In this document: piece after piece, positions 30,646 to 41,432 of the stretch
Position numbering within the stretch: position 1 is the stretch's first letter
How the letters are laid out: each line of letters begins with the position of its first letter
Assembly (NCBI GenBank): GCA_963721955.1
Contig: CAVRKG010000002.1
Span: 13,865 to 77,864 of the forward strand
DNA from: an uncultured Thermoleophilia bacterium
Lineage (GTDB): Bacteria > Actinomycetota > Thermoleophilia > Gaiellales > Gaiellaceae
Length of the DNA stretch: 64,000 bases
Reading direction: 5' to 3'
Program-made: the position numbers and the translations under genes
Notes under the pieces: model-generated
Seen by the model: the letters and a program-made list of their open reading frames with translations, nothing else
Databases searched by the model: none
What the model was told of the DNA's origin: nothing

Positions 30646-30659
30646 CGAACAAGTGTTCG
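30646..30659. promoter_or_regulatory. LexA (SOS) box CGAAC-AAGT-GTTCG
   Basis: Perfect Gram-positive consensus in the -35 region of uvrA; -10 TAAGCT at 30624-30629 (minus strand). Confidence 0.88.
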
Positions 30660-30671
30660 TTCGAGGTGATT

Positions 30672-30914
30672 TCAGGCCTTCGCGCGCCGCCGTCCGAAGA
30701 CGATCCCGCCGAGCGTGAAGCCGAGGCCGAACGTACCGAACGCGAAGGCGCCGATCGCGATGCCCTTGCGCCAGACCGACAGCCTCTGCCAGCGGCTGAG
30801 CGCCGCCGCCTCCTGTTCCGTCAACTCCTCCCCGCGCCGCTGCTTGCGCAGTGCGCCGCCGGCCTGGAGCCCGAGATAGAGGTCGTCGAAGATCTCCGGA
30901 GACTGTTCGGACAT
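30672..30914 (-). CDS. 80-aa hypothetical membrane protein
   Basis: ATG 6 nt after TACACT; one C-terminal TM helix and a basic tail; fills the intergenic gap. Confidence 0.65.
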   Translation of the reverse strand: MSEQSPEIFDDLYLGLQAGGALRKQRRGEELTEQEAAALSRWQRLSVWRKGIAIGAFAFGTFGLGFTLGGIVFGRRRAKA

Positions 30915-30941
30915 GCTCCGAGTGTATAGCCTCAACCGGCT

Positions 30942-31748
30942 GTGACCGCGACCGCGATCCACCTCTCCGATCTCCATCGCGGCAAGCGAGAGGCGCCCCT
31001 CGTCGACGACGCGCTCGTCGCCTTGTGCGAGTCGGTGTCGCCGGAATTCGTGATCGCAAGCGGCGACCTCGCGAACCGCGGCCGGGTCGAGGAACTCGAG
31101 CGCGCGCGAGCCCTACTCGCCCGCTTGCCCGCGCCGACGCTTGCCGTGCCCGGCAACCATGACCTGCCGTACTCGTTCCCGGCGCGCTTCGTGCGCCCGT
31201 GGGAGCGCTTCGAATCGGTGTTCGGGACGACGGAGCCCGTCCTCCGCACCGCGAGCGCCGTCGTCTGCGGCCTCAACTCGGCGCGCCCCTGGCGCCACCA
31301 GGGCGGCCGGCTGGCCCCCAACCGGCTCGCGAGGGCGGCCGAGGTGTTCCGTGACGCCCCCGCCGCAGTGCTGCGTGTCGTCGTCTGCCACCACCACCTC
31401 GCCGGGGCTCCGTGGCGGGTTTCACGGAAGTTCCCCCTCAAGCACCGCGATCACGCGCTCCGGGCCCTTGCGTCATCCGGCGCAGACCTTATCGCCGGCG
31501 GTCATACTCATCAGAGCAGCACCGTCGAGCGACACGCGTTCGAGGCGCTCGATGACAACCGTGCCGCACTCCTCCTCTCGACAGCACCAGGCTTCGGCCG
31601 ACCGCGCCCGCACCGCATCGGTGAGGCTCAGGGGCTGCACGTCATCCGCTGGTCTGCGACCGAGATCGAAATCGAGACGCGGATCTGGGATCACGACGCC
31701 TTCGAGGCGACGGCGTCCGTCACGGTTCCGCGCACGGCAGGGTTGTAA
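30942..31748 (+). CDS. Calcineurin-like metallophosphoesterase
   Basis: HLSDLH, SGDL, GNHD, HH, GHTH. Confidence 0.9.
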   Translation: MTATAIHLSDLHRGKREAPLVDDALVALCESVSPEFVIASGDLANRGRVEELERARALLARLPAPTLAVPGNHDLPYSFPARFVRPWERFESVFGTTEPVLRTASAVVCGLNSARPWRHQGGRLAPNRLARAAEVFRDAPAAVLRVVVCHHHLAGAPWRVSRKFPLKHRDHALRALASSGADLIAGGHTHQSSTVERHAFEALDDNRAALLLSTAPGFGRPRPHRIGEAQGLHVIRWSATEIEIETRIWDHDAFEATASVTVPRTAGL

Positions 31749-31814
31749 TTTCCCTGCAAGCCTGGCACGATACCCGGGCCGTCAGTGCTCGTTCAGTAGG
31801 GGGGATGTGGGGGA

Positions 31815-32705
31815 ATGCGCCCGTTTCGCGGAGCGATGACGGCTGTCGCCGTATCGACGCTTCTCGCTGCGCTCGTCTTCGGCGGCATCGCCGGTGCGGG
31901 CTCGCAGCGCCCGGTCATCGCGTTCGGAAGTGAGCGCGGCGGACCGTTCCGGATCCACGTGCTCGGCGTCAAGGCGGGAACGCAGCGTGTGCTGCAGTCG
32001 CGCAACGCAGGGATGGACGTCGAGCCGAGCTGGTCTCCGGACGGAAGCCGGCTCGCGATCGCGAGCTCCGACTCGACGGGTCAGGACTTCGACATCGCCG
32101 TCGTCGCCGCCAACGGATCGGGTCGCATGCGCGTCACGAGCGGACCGTCGTGGGACGAGGAGCCGGCCTGGTCGCCCAACGGCCAGTGGATCGCCTTCGG
32201 GAGCGACCGGACCGGAAACTTCGACATCTACGCGGTTCGCCCGAACGGCACCGGCCTGCGGCGGCTGACCGCGAGCACCTGCGAGGACACCGACCCAGCG
32301 TGGTCGCCGACCGGTTCCAAGATCGCGTTCATGAGCCGCCTGGGCGGGTCGCCACGCATCTGGACGATGAACGCCGACGGAAGCAACCGCCGTAAGCTCA
32401 CCAAGATCCGGGGCTGGGCTCCGGCCTGGTCGCCCGACGGGAAGACGATCGCCTTCGTCAGCGACCAGGACGGCGACGACGAGATCTTCTCCGTCGGCGC
32501 CGACGGAACGAAGGTGACCCAGCTCACGAGCAACGCCGGGATCGCGGACGGCGCACCGACCTGGTCGCCCGACTCGTCGCTGATTGCGTTCACGAGCGAT
32601 CGCGATGGGGATACGGACATCCTCACGATGCGCGCCGACGGCAGCGGCGTGCGCGCCCTCGTCACCGGCGTCTGGACGGACGACTCCCCCGCCTGGCGAC
32701 CCTGA
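31815..32705 (+). CDS. Secreted TolB-like beta-propeller (PD40 repeats)
   Basis: Signal peptide and repeated P(S/A/T)WSP(D/N)G..IAF.S motifs. Confidence 0.88.
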   Translation: MRPFRGAMTAVAVSTLLAALVFGGIAGAGSQRPVIAFGSERGGPFRIHVLGVKAGTQRVLQSRNAGMDVEPSWSPDGSRLAIASSDSTGQDFDIAVVAANGSGRMRVTSGPSWDEEPAWSPNGQWIAFGSDRTGNFDIYAVRPNGTGLRRLTASTCEDTDPAWSPTGSKIAFMSRLGGSPRIWTMNADGSNRRKLTKIRGWAPAWSPDGKTIAFVSDQDGDDEIFSVGADGTKVTQLTSNAGIADGAPTWSPDSSLIAFTSDRDGDTDILTMRADGSGVRALVTGVWTDDSPAWRP

Positions 32706-32747
32706 GGCGTGTACTAGGCTCCAGGCGTCACGTTCGAGGGGAGCTGG

Positions 32748-34244
32748 GTGGACGAATTGCTGACCGAGTTGAAGCGCCGGCTGGGCGAGGTCTCCGACCT
32801 TCGCTCGGCCGCGGCGCTGCTCGAGTGGGATCAACAGGTCATGATGCCCCCGGGCGGCGCCGCTGTCCGCGCCGACCGTCTGGCGACACTGGAGCGGCTC
32901 GCACACCAGGAGTTCGTCGACGACCGGATCGGCGAGCTCCTTCACGAGCTCGCCGGACTCGAGTCGTCGCTTCCGGCCGACTCCGACGATGCGTGCCTGA
33001 TCCGCGTCACGCGACGCGACTGGGAGAAGGCGCGGAACGTCCCGTCCGAGCTCGCTGCCGGGATCGCGAGAACGGCATCGCAGGGCATGGAGGCGTGGGT
33101 CGCCGCCCGCGCCGCGAACGACTACGGCGCGTTCCGGCCCTGGATCGATCGGCACCTCGAGCTGAAGCGCGAGTACATCGCATGCTTTCCCGCCACCGAC
33201 GAGCCGTACGACATCCTGCTCGACGATTTCGAGCCCGGTGCGGAGACCGCCGAGGTGCGGAGCGTATTCGCGCGCCTCAAGGAGGAGCTCATTCCGCTGA
33301 TTGGGGCGACTGCGGTCGCCGGCGACGCGGGCGCACTCCCACCGGGGCCGTACCCGGAGGAGAGCCAGCGTCGCATCGGCATCGCGGCCATGACCGCCTT
33401 CGGCTTCGAGCCCGGCTCGTTTCGTGTCGACACCGCCGTCCACCCGTTCTGCAGCGCGTTTGCGACGAGTGATGTCCGCGTCACCACGCGCTACAACGAA
33501 ACCGACCTCGAGTCGCTGTTCAGCTGCATGCACGAGATCGGCCACGGCCTCTACGAGCGCGGCGTCGACCCGGCACTCGAACGGACGCCCCTCGCCGGCG
33601 GCTGCTCGATGGGTCTCCACGAGAGCCAGAGCCGCCTGTGGGAGAACGTCGTCGGGCGCTCGCTCCCGTTCTGCCACTGGCTCCATCCGCAGCTCGTCGC
33701 GGCCTTCCCGGAGGCTCTGGCGGGAGTCACGGCGGAGCGGTTTCACGCGGCGGTCAATCGCGTCACGCCGTCGTTCATCCGCGTCGACGCCGACGAGGTG
33801 ACGTACGGGATGCACATCATCCTGCGGTTCGAGCTCGAGCAGGAGCTGATCGCCGGTCGGCTTTCGACCGCCGATCTGCCCGATGCCTGGAACACGCGGT
33901 TCGAGGAGTATCTCGGCCTCGCGGTGCCGGAGGACAGGCTCGGGGTGTTGCAGGACGTTCATTGGTCGGCGGGGCTGTTCGGCTACTTCCCGACCTACCA
34001 GCTAGGGAACGTGATGAGCGTGCAGATCTGGGACGCGGCCCGGAGCGCCCTCCCCGGTCTCGACGAGTCGTTCGAGCGAGGCGACTTCTCTGCACTCGGA
34101 ACGTGGTTGCGCGAGAACCTCTACGCGCTCGGGCGAAAACTCACGCCGAAGGAGACCCTCGAGCGGGTCGCGGGCGGGCCGATCGACCCTGAGCCGTACC
34201 TCCGCTATCTCCACACGAAGTACGAGGCCGGCATCGCAACCTGA
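32748..34244 (+). CDS. Carboxypeptidase family M32
   Basis: HPF, DVRVTT, HEIGH, HESQS, IRVDAD, QDVHW, GYFPTY. Confidence 0.95.
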   Translation: MDELLTELKRRLGEVSDLRSAAALLEWDQQVMMPPGGAAVRADRLATLERLAHQEFVDDRIGELLHELAGLESSLPADSDDACLIRVTRRDWEKARNVPSELAAGIARTASQGMEAWVAARAANDYGAFRPWIDRHLELKREYIACFPATDEPYDILLDDFEPGAETAEVRSVFARLKEELIPLIGATAVAGDAGALPPGPYPEESQRRIGIAAMTAFGFEPGSFRVDTAVHPFCSAFATSDVRVTTRYNETDLESLFSCMHEIGHGLYERGVDPALERTPLAGGCSMGLHESQSRLWENVVGRSLPFCHWLHPQLVAAFPEALAGVTAERFHAAVNRVTPSFIRVDADEVTYGMHIILRFELEQELIAGRLSTADLPDAWNTRFEEYLGLAVPEDRLGVLQDVHWSAGLFGYFPTYQLGNVMSVQIWDAARSALPGLDESFERGDFSALGTWLRENLYALGRKLTPKETLERVAGGPIDPEPYLRYLHTKYEAGIAT

Positions 34245-34251
34245 GCAGCTT

Positions 34252-35575
34252 TTGCAGCGACTCGTCTCCTACATCCGAAACGTTCTCGCCAGTTTCTGGC
34301 TGCTCCCGTCGCTGATCGGGTTGGCCTTCGGGCTGCTCGGATTCGTGCTCCTCCGCGTCGATCGCGGTGGAGGAATCGGAATCGGGTTCGGCGGCGGCGC
34401 GCCCGCAGCTCGGAGCGTCCTCACGGTCGTCGCCGGCTCGCTGATCACGGTCACCGGCCTCACCTTCTCCCTCACGATCGTCACACTCCAGCTCGTCTCC
34501 GGGCAATTCACCCCACGAGCCCTCCGCGGGCTTCTCTCCGATCGCGTCACCCAGGTTCTCGCAGGGACGTTCGTGGGTATTGTCGCCTACTCGTTGATCG
34601 TCCTCCGTAGCGTTCGCGACGCCACGAGTGACACTGCTGGATTCGTTCCCTCGCTCTCGACGCTCGCCGCGATCATCTTCGCTCTGGCCGCTCTCGGGCT
34701 GCTGCTCTATTTCGTGCACCACATCGGCAGCATGATCCAGGTCTCATCGATCCTCGCTCGGCTCCACGAACAAACCCTTGCCGCGACGGCTCGCCTGTAC
34801 CCGGAGCCCTTCGGGAGGCGAACGGAGGAAATCCCGGGGCCGACGCTCGCGCGATGGCGAGCGTCCGGCGAGGCGACCGTCGTGAGGCCACGGCGCGCAG
34901 GGTATGTCCGCACGATCGCGATCGGCGACCTCGTCTCGGGGCTTGAGGGCTCCGGTGCTCGCATCCTCGTCTCCTCCCAGCCCGGGGATCTCGTCACCCT
35001 CACCACACCTGCGATCGAGATCTGGGGCGCAGCGGATGACGAGAGGGCACGAGAGCTCGCCGCGGCTGCACTCGTGATCGACAATGAGCGCGACATCGGG
35101 CAGGACATGGACTTCGGGCTCCAGCAACTCTCCGACATCGCCCTGCGCGCTCTCTCACCGGGGGTCAACGACCCGACCACGGCGGACACGGCGATCGGCT
35201 ATCTCGGCTCGCTCCTCGAGCACCTCGCTGCCCGTGAATTCCCGGCTCCCGTGAGGGAATACGAGACGGAGGACGTGACGGTGATCACACGCCGCCGAAC
35301 GTTCGCCGAGCTGCTCTCCCTCCACGTCGCGGAGGTCGGGCGCTATGCGACATCCGACGCCCGCATCGGCAAAGCCTTGCTCGAGATGCTGCGCGGCGTC
35401 GGTGAGGCAGCGCGCTCCGCCAATGCCGACGACCGCGTCGACGCGGTCATCGCAATCTCGCGGCAGGATCGCCGGCCCGATGATCGAGGATGCCCGCACC
35501 GACGACGACCGGAGCGAGCTCCAACACGCGCTCGACAGGGTCGCGAAGCTCGCCGTACTGCGACCTGCGAGCTAG
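34252..35575 (+). CDS. DUF2254-family membrane protein (+1 frameshift near 35456)
   Basis: SFWLLP, LQLVSGQFTPR, DIALRALSPGVNDPTTA. The C-terminus most plausibly continues in the frame ending at 35575. Confidence 0.82.
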
Positions 35576-35596
35576 TCGAGCTCGGCTGGATCGGGA

Positions 35597-35875
35597 TCAG
35601 GCGGCGGCTGTGCCGAACCGTTTGGCGGCGCGAGCCCTCGCACGGGCCGCCTCGACGTCCCGGTCGCGCGGCTGCGCCGATGTGACGAGGTCATCGAGGA
35701 GGTGCCGTGAGATGTGAGCGATCTCCCTCACGGCAGCCTCGAAGACCGCCTCGTTCGCCTTCGACGGCCTGGTCGCGCCGCTGATCTTGCGCACGTACTG
35801 CAGCGCCGCTGCATGCACCTCGTCGTCGGTCGCGGGTGGATCGAAGTTATGAAGCTGCTTGATGTTCCTGCACAT
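35597..35875 (-). CDS. DUF2277-family protein
   Basis: MCRNIKQLHNFDPPAT..E..AAALQYVRKISG signature; GGAGG RBS. Confidence 0.88.
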   Translation of the reverse strand: MCRNIKQLHNFDPPATDDEVHAAALQYVRKISGATRPSKANEAVFEAAVREIAHISRHLLDDLVTSAQPRDRDVEAARARARAAKRFGTAAA

Positions 35876-35906
35876 GTGTCTCCTCCAGATGGACGGCCGT
35901 CATTGG

Positions 35907-37907
35907 TCAGGCTCCGGCGAGCGCCGCCAGTTCCCGCCGTAGCTCCTTGATCTCGTCGCGAAGTTTCGCGGCGTACTCGAACCGCAGCTCCTCGGCGGCG
36001 GTGAACATCTCTTCCTCCAAGGTGATCGCGAGTCTCTCCATCTCTGCCTGGTCGAGCCCCTCCACCTTCGCCTTTCCGCGGCGACGGCGGCCCGGGACGG
36101 TCGGCGACTCGAGCGACAGGAACTCGGCGATGTCCGAAACGCCCTTGGTGATGTTCTCCGGGGTGATCCCGTGTGTCTCGTTGTACGCGAGCTGGGTCGC
36201 GCGGCGGCGATCGGTCTCGTCGACGGCGAACTGGATCGCCTCGGTCACCTTGTCGGCATACAGCAACACGCGGCCGTTGACGTTCCGCGCCGCGCGCCCG
36301 ATCGTCTGCACGAGCGCGGTCTTGCCGCGCAGGAATCCCTCCTTGTCGGCGTCGAGCACCGCGACGAGCGAGACCTCCGGCAGGTCGAGCCCCTCCCGCA
36401 ACAGATTAACGCCCACGAGCACGTCGTACTCGCCGAGTCGAAGCTCACGAATGATCTGGATCCGTTCGAGCGTATCGATCTCCGAATGGAGATATCGCGC
36501 CTTGACACCGGCCTCGAGCAAGTAGTCGGTCAGGTCTTCGGACATCTTCTTGGTCAGCGTCGTCACCAGCACCCGCTCCCCCACGTCGGAACGGCGTCGA
36601 ATCTCGCCGAGCAGATCGTCGATCTGGTTCTTCGTCGCACGCATCTCCACGACGGGATCCACGATCCCGGTGGGGCGAATGAGCTGCTCGGCGACGACGG
36701 CCGAGTTGCGTAGCTCGTACGATCCGGGCGTTGCCGAGACGAAGATGGTCTGTCCCACCCGCTGCAGGAACTCGTCGAAGCGAAGAGGACGGTTGTCCAG
36801 CGCCGACGGCAGCCTGAAGCCGAAGTCGACGAGCGTCTGCTTGCGGGAGCGATCGCCCTCGTACATGCCGCCGATCTGCGGCACCGTCTGATGCGACTCG
36901 TCGATGAAGCAGAGAAAGTCCGAGGGGAAGTAGTCGAGCAGCGTATGCGGCGGTGAGCCGGCAGGTCTGCCCTCGAGCACGCGCGAGTAGTTCTCGATCC
37001 CGTTGCAGAAACCGAGCTCCTTCATCATCTCCATGTCGTACTCGGTGCGTTGCCGGATCCGGTGCGCCTCGAGCAGCTTTCCCTCGTCCTCGAACTGCCG
37101 CACCTGCGCGTCGAGCTCCGCCCTGAGGCCTCCCATGGCCCCATCGATCGTCGGTTTCGACGTGACGTACTGGGTGGCGGGAAACACCGTCAGGTTGTCG
37201 AGCTTCGCATACACCTCACCGGTGAGCGGGTCGAAATGGGTTATCTGCTCGACCTCGTCACCGAACAGCGAGATCCGGTACGCGGTCTCGGCCGAGGCCG
37301 GCTGCACTTCGATCACGTCGCCCTTCACCCGGAAGCGGCCGCGACCGAGGAGCGTGTCGTTGCGGACGTACTGGGTGTCGATCAACTTGCGCAAGAGCTC
37401 GTCGCGGTCGTGCTCTTCCCCGACGGCCAGGTTCACGAGCCGGTTCTCGTACTCCTCGGGAGAGCCGAGACCGTAGATGCACGAGACGGAGGCGACGATG
37501 ACCGTGTCGCGCCGTGTGAGGAGCGAGGCGGTCGCTGCGTGACGGAGACGGTCGATGTCGTCGTTCCGGGACGAGTCCTTCTCGATGTACAGATCCGCCT
37601 GTGGGACGTAGGCCTCGGGCTGGTAGTAGTCGTAGTACGAGACGAAGTACTCGACCGCGTTCGCCGGGAAGAACTCGCGGAATTCGTTGCAGAGCTGCGC
37701 GGCCAGGGTCTTGTTGTGGGCGATCACGAGCGCGGGCCGTTGCAGCTTCTCCATGAGCCACGCCATCGTCGCCGTCTTGCCGGTGCCGGTCGCACCGAGC
37801 AGCGTCTGAAACCGGTTGCCCGCCTCGAGCGACGTGGTGAGCTCCGCCAATGCCCTTGGCTGGTCACCCGTCGGCGTGTAGGCGGCGGTGACGCGGAGAT
37901 CGGGCAT
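35907..37907 (-). CDS. uvrB: Excinuclease ABC subunit B
   Basis: [34 protein letters not shown] and a C-terminal UVR domain. Confidence 0.98.
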   Translation of the reverse strand: MPDLRVTAAYTPTGDQPRALAELTTSLEAGNRFQTLLGATGTGKTATMAWLMEKLQRPALVIAHNKTLAAQLCNEFREFFPANAVEYFVSYYDYYQPEAYVPQADLYIEKDSSRNDDIDRLRHAATASLLTRRDTVIVASVSCIYGLGSPEEYENRLVNLAVGEEHDRDELLRKLIDTQYVRNDTLLGRGRFRVKGDVIEVQPASAETAYRISLFGDEVEQITHFDPLTGEVYAKLDNLTVFPATQYVTSKPTIDGAMGGLRAELDAQVRQFEDEGKLLEAHRIRQRTEYDMEMMKELGFCNGIENYSRVLEGRPAGSPPHTLLDYFPSDFLCFIDESHQTVPQIGGMYEGDRSRKQTLVDFGFRLPSALDNRPLRFDEFLQRVGQTIFVSATPGSYELRNSAVVAEQLIRPTGIVDPVVEMRATKNQIDDLLGEIRRRSDVGERVLVTTLTKKMSEDLTDYLLEAGVKARYLHSEIDTLERIQIIRELRLGEYDVLVGVNLLREGLDLPEVSLVAVLDADKEGFLRGKTALVQTIGRAARNVNGRVLLYADKVTEAIQFAVDETDRRRATQLAYNETHGITPENITKGVSDIAEFLSLESPTVPGRRRRGKAKVEGLDQAEMERLAITLEEEMFTAAEELRFEYAAKLRDEIKELRRELAALAGA

Positions 37908-37928
37908 TTCGACAGCCTAGCGAAGCAA

Positions 37929-37942
37929 GGAACACCAGTTCG
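37929..37942. promoter_or_regulatory. LexA (SOS) box GGAAC-ACCA-GTTCG
   Basis: GAAC-N4-GTTC core upstream of uvrB; -10 TAGGCT at 37914-37919 (minus strand). Confidence 0.8.
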
Positions 37943-38010
37943 CCCCGCGCGGGAATCGAATGAGGCTCCCAGACGTGATCCGTCCGGTGCGTCGTTACCA
38001 TGGTTGCTGT

Positions 38011-39663
38011 ATGCGCCCGCGGACCGTGATGCTCTGCGTGGGGTTCGTAGCGCTTTGCGGATCGCTCCTTCTCGCTCCGGTGTCGGGTGGAACGAGCGTC
38101 GATTCGAGCATCGTCGACCGGGAGGCACCGCGGCTCTTCGACCTCCGTACGTACACCCCGTCACCGCAGAAGTACGAAGGCGACCGCAAACTGCTCGTCA
38201 CGATTTCGCCGAACGGTGACAAGGTGCGCGACGTAGCACGGATCGCCTTCAGGCTGACGGAGCGGGCCACCGTCCACCTACAGATCGTGACGACGGTGAG
38301 CAAACCCGTGGCCGTCTACGAACGCGTGGCGACACTCGGCCCGGGCCGACACGCCTTCACCTGGTTCCCCAAGCCCACGACGGCGGCACGGACGTATCTG
38401 ACGCTGCTCGGTGTCACCGATGCGGCGAACAACCGGCGGACGTACGGCGCCGGCAACGCCGAGACCGGAAGAAGGCAGACGTCCCCGGTCATCCGTGTGC
38501 TCGGCGTGGATGCCGGCTTCACCCGAGAGAGCTACGTCCCGGGGGAGTCGGCGACGCTACGCCTCGAGACCGACGCTCCCACACTGTCGTTGCAGGTGTT
38601 CCGCGCGGGGCCGGAGGACGTACCGACCTACAACGACACCCTCATGAACGGTGTGCCCGCATCCGACCCGGTGACGGTCGCCTGGACGAGCCGCGATCGC
38701 CCCGGCGAGCTGCCGGTGCCGATCAGCGAGACCTGGCCGTCCGGCCTCTACTTCGCGAAGCTCACGGCCGACGACGGGCGGATCGGGTTCGCACCGTTCG
38801 TTGTGCGCCCGGCCCAACTCGGCTCGACCCGCGTCGCCGTGATCATCCCGACGAACACGTGGCAGGCGTACAACTTCCGTGACGAGGACGGCAACGGCTG
38901 GGGCGATACGTGGTACGCGAAAGGTGCCGGAAGCACAGTCACGCTCGGGCGACCGTTTCTCCGTCGTGGTGTTCCTCCCCAGTACCGCAAGTACGACCTC
39001 GGCTTCATCCGCTGGCTCGCCCAGAGCGGGAAGCAACCCGACTATCTCTCCGAGACCGATCTCGAACTTCTCAACGGAGACGCGCTGGCGGGCCGCTACG
39101 ACCTGATCGTGTTCCCCGGGCATACGGAGTACGTGACACGACGTGAGTACGACGCTGTCGAGCGGTTCCGCGATCTTGGCGGCAACCTGATGTTCCTCTC
39201 CGCCGACAACTTCTTCTGGCAGGTGCAGCGCCAGGGACAGACGCTCACGAGGACGCGTAAGTGGCGAGACCTGGGTCGGCCGGAATCGGCTCTGATCGGC
39301 GTTCAATACCGTGGGAACGACGACGGGCGGATGCAGCGCCCGTTCATCGTCCGCGCGGCAGACACCGAGCCGTGGCTCTTCGCCGGAACCGACCTCTCGA
39401 ACGGCGCCACCCTCGGTCAGGAACTCGGCGGCTACGGGATCGAGATCGACGGGACAACGGCGATGAGCCCCCCGGGCACGAGGGTGATTGCAGAGATCCC
39501 CGATCTCTTCGGCCCCGGCTTCACGGCCCAGATGACGTATTACGAGACGCCCACCGGCGCCAAGGTGTTCGCGGCCGGAGCGGTCGACTTCGGTGGCACG
39601 GCGCTCCTACCTGCGGTGTCGCGCATGCTGTCGAACCTCTGGGCACGGCTCTCCGTTCCCTAG
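38011..39663 (+). CDS. Secreted N,N-dimethylformamidase beta-subunit-like protein with N-terminal Ig-like domain, copy 1
   Basis: Signal peptide; ISPNGD Ig motif; WPSGLY, PTNTWQAYN, GHTEY, NLMFLSADNFFW, VFAAG. Confidence 0.8.
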   Translation: MRPRTVMLCVGFVALCGSLLLAPVSGGTSVDSSIVDREAPRLFDLRTYTPSPQKYEGDRKLLVTISPNGDKVRDVARIAFRLTERATVHLQIVTTVSKPVAVYERVATLGPGRHAFTWFPKPTTAARTYLTLLGVTDAANNRRTYGAGNAETGRRQTSPVIRVLGVDAGFTRESYVPGESATLRLETDAPTLSLQVFRAGPEDVPTYNDTLMNGVPASDPVTVAWTSRDRPGELPVPISETWPSGLYFAKLTADDGRIGFAPFVVRPAQLGSTRVAVIIPTNTWQAYNFRDEDGNGWGDTWYAKGAGSTVTLGRPFLRRGVPPQYRKYDLGFIRWLAQSGKQPDYLSETDLELLNGDALAGRYDLIVFPGHTEYVTRREYDAVERFRDLGGNLMFLSADNFFWQVQRQGQTLTRTRKWRDLGRPESALIGVQYRGNDDGRMQRPFIVRAADTEPWLFAGTDLSNGATLGQELGGYGIEIDGTTAMSPPGTRVIAEIPDLFGPGFTAQMTYYETPTGAKVFAAGAVDFGGTALLPAVSRMLSNLWARLSVP

Positions 39664-39742
39664 GCCACCCGAGCCGCGGAGGCTGCCCGTCCGCGCCTCG
39701 AACCTCACGATTTCGTCATCTCTCACGTCTACGGTATTGGCA

Positions 39743-41418
39743 ATGGTCGCCGGAAGCACACGCTCGCGATTTCTCCGCGCGGCCGGTGGCACGCTGCTCG
39801 CCGTCGCACTCGGCCCGTCCACGGCACTCGCCGGTCTTCGCAGGTCCGCGGCGGGAATCGCTCTCACCGCTCGTAACGTGGGACGGCGCTACGCGGGCGA
39901 TCGCACCCTCTTCGCGACGGTCTCCCCGGGAGTACCAGAGCGCGACGCCGCTGCCGTCAGCTTCGTCCTCAGCCGCCGGGCGACCGTGACGCTGGAGGCT
40001 GTCCGCACAAGACGCCGTCTGGCGAACGTCGCGTGGAAAACCCACCTGCCGCTGCGACCCGGCAAGCACGAGCTGCGTTGGACGCCGGCGCCCGAGATCC
40101 CGGTCGGCTCCTACGTCATGCGTCTCACGATCGACCCGGGCAAGGGCAGCAAGACCGTCCTCGGCGGGCGTCGGCCCGCCACGATCACGCGCCAGCGGGC
40201 ACCGGTCGTCCGCGTACTCGGGGTCGAGGCGACGTTCCTCCGCCGCTCGTACGATCCGGGCGAGCCGATGGAGTTGAGCATCTTCGCCGACGCCCCGGCG
40301 CTGACGCTGCAGTTCCTCCGCTGCGGCTACGAGACCGACCTCAGCGTCCGGAACGACGAGCTCCTCGGAGCCCCGAAAGGCGACCCGGTCCCGATCGACT
40401 GGACCGGCAAGCGGTCGAAAGCGGTCACGATCACGGTGCAGACGGGCGCCTGGCCCAGCGGTTTCTACGCCGCCAGACTGACGACCGATGACGGTCGCGT
40501 CGGTTTCGCGCCGTTCGTCCTTCGCGCCGCCACGCCGGGCACTCGGCGGCAACTCGTCGTGCTCCCGACCAATACGTGGCAGGCCTACAACATGTACGAC
40601 CGGGACGGTGACGGTTGGGGCGACACGTGGTACGCGGGCGGGGACCCTGCGGTCGAGCTCGACCGGCCCTATCGCGACCGCGGCGTACCGCCCCGTTTCA
40701 AGGCCTACGACCGGGCCTTCCTGAGATGGCTCGCCCGGACGGGGAAGTCACCCGACTTCGCGGCCGACGACGATCTCGAGGCGTTCGCGAGCGGCGACGA
40801 ACTCCGAGCACTCTACGACCTCGTCGTCTTTCCCGGTCACAGCGAATACATGACCGAGAGCGCGTACAACGTCGTGGAGCGGTTCCGCGACCTCGGTGGT
40901 CGGATCGTGTTCCTCTCGGCGAACAACTTCTTCTGGCGGATCGACAAGTCCGGACGAGAAGATCAGGCGCGTCCGGACTCTGGCGCAGCGACGGCAGGCC
41001 GGAAGCCCGGCTCCTCGGTGTGCAGTACCGCGCGAACGACGACGGCAGGCGACAAGGGCCGTTCACGATCGTCGCCGCGGAGGCGGCCCCGTGGTTGTTC
41101 GACAAGACCGGTCTCGTCACCGGCTCGCTCCTCGGCGAGTCGGTCGGCGGTTACGGAATCGAAATCGACGCCACCACCCCGGACTCTCCGCCCGGAACGG
41201 TCGTGCTCGCCCGGATCGTCGACCTGTTCGGGCCCGGCGTGAGCGGGGAGATGACGTACTACGAGACGGAGACCGGCGCGCGCGTCTTCTCGGCAGGTGT
41301 CCTCGATTTCGGTGGCTCGGCAACGTTCTGGCCCGTCAACCGGATGCTGGAGAACCTCTGGAACCACATGCTGCAGGACCTCCCAGTGCTCGAGCCGGCT
41401 CCCCCACCGGCAGCCTGA
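39743..41418 (+). CDS. Secreted DMFase-beta-like protein, copy 2 (two +1 frameshifts, 40952-40977)
   Basis: Tat-like TRSRFL signal; WPSGFY, PTNTWQAYN, GHSEY. The C-terminal half in the frame ending at 41418 is collinear with copy 1. Confidence 0.8.
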
Positions 41419-41432
41419 GGCCGATTCCGGGG

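Noticed and set aside
32020-32700. Recurring CCTGGTCGCC-like repeats suggesting a DNA repeat array or CRISPR
   Set aside because: They are in-frame PD40 (WSPDG) protein repeats, with no spacer structure and no cas genes.
30942-35575. Four + strand genes between uvrA and uvrB as a horizontally acquired insert or SOS-linked module
   Set aside because: The functions are unrelated, composition looks like the host's, and there are no boundary repeats or LexA boxes; uvrA and uvrB each have their own SOS box.
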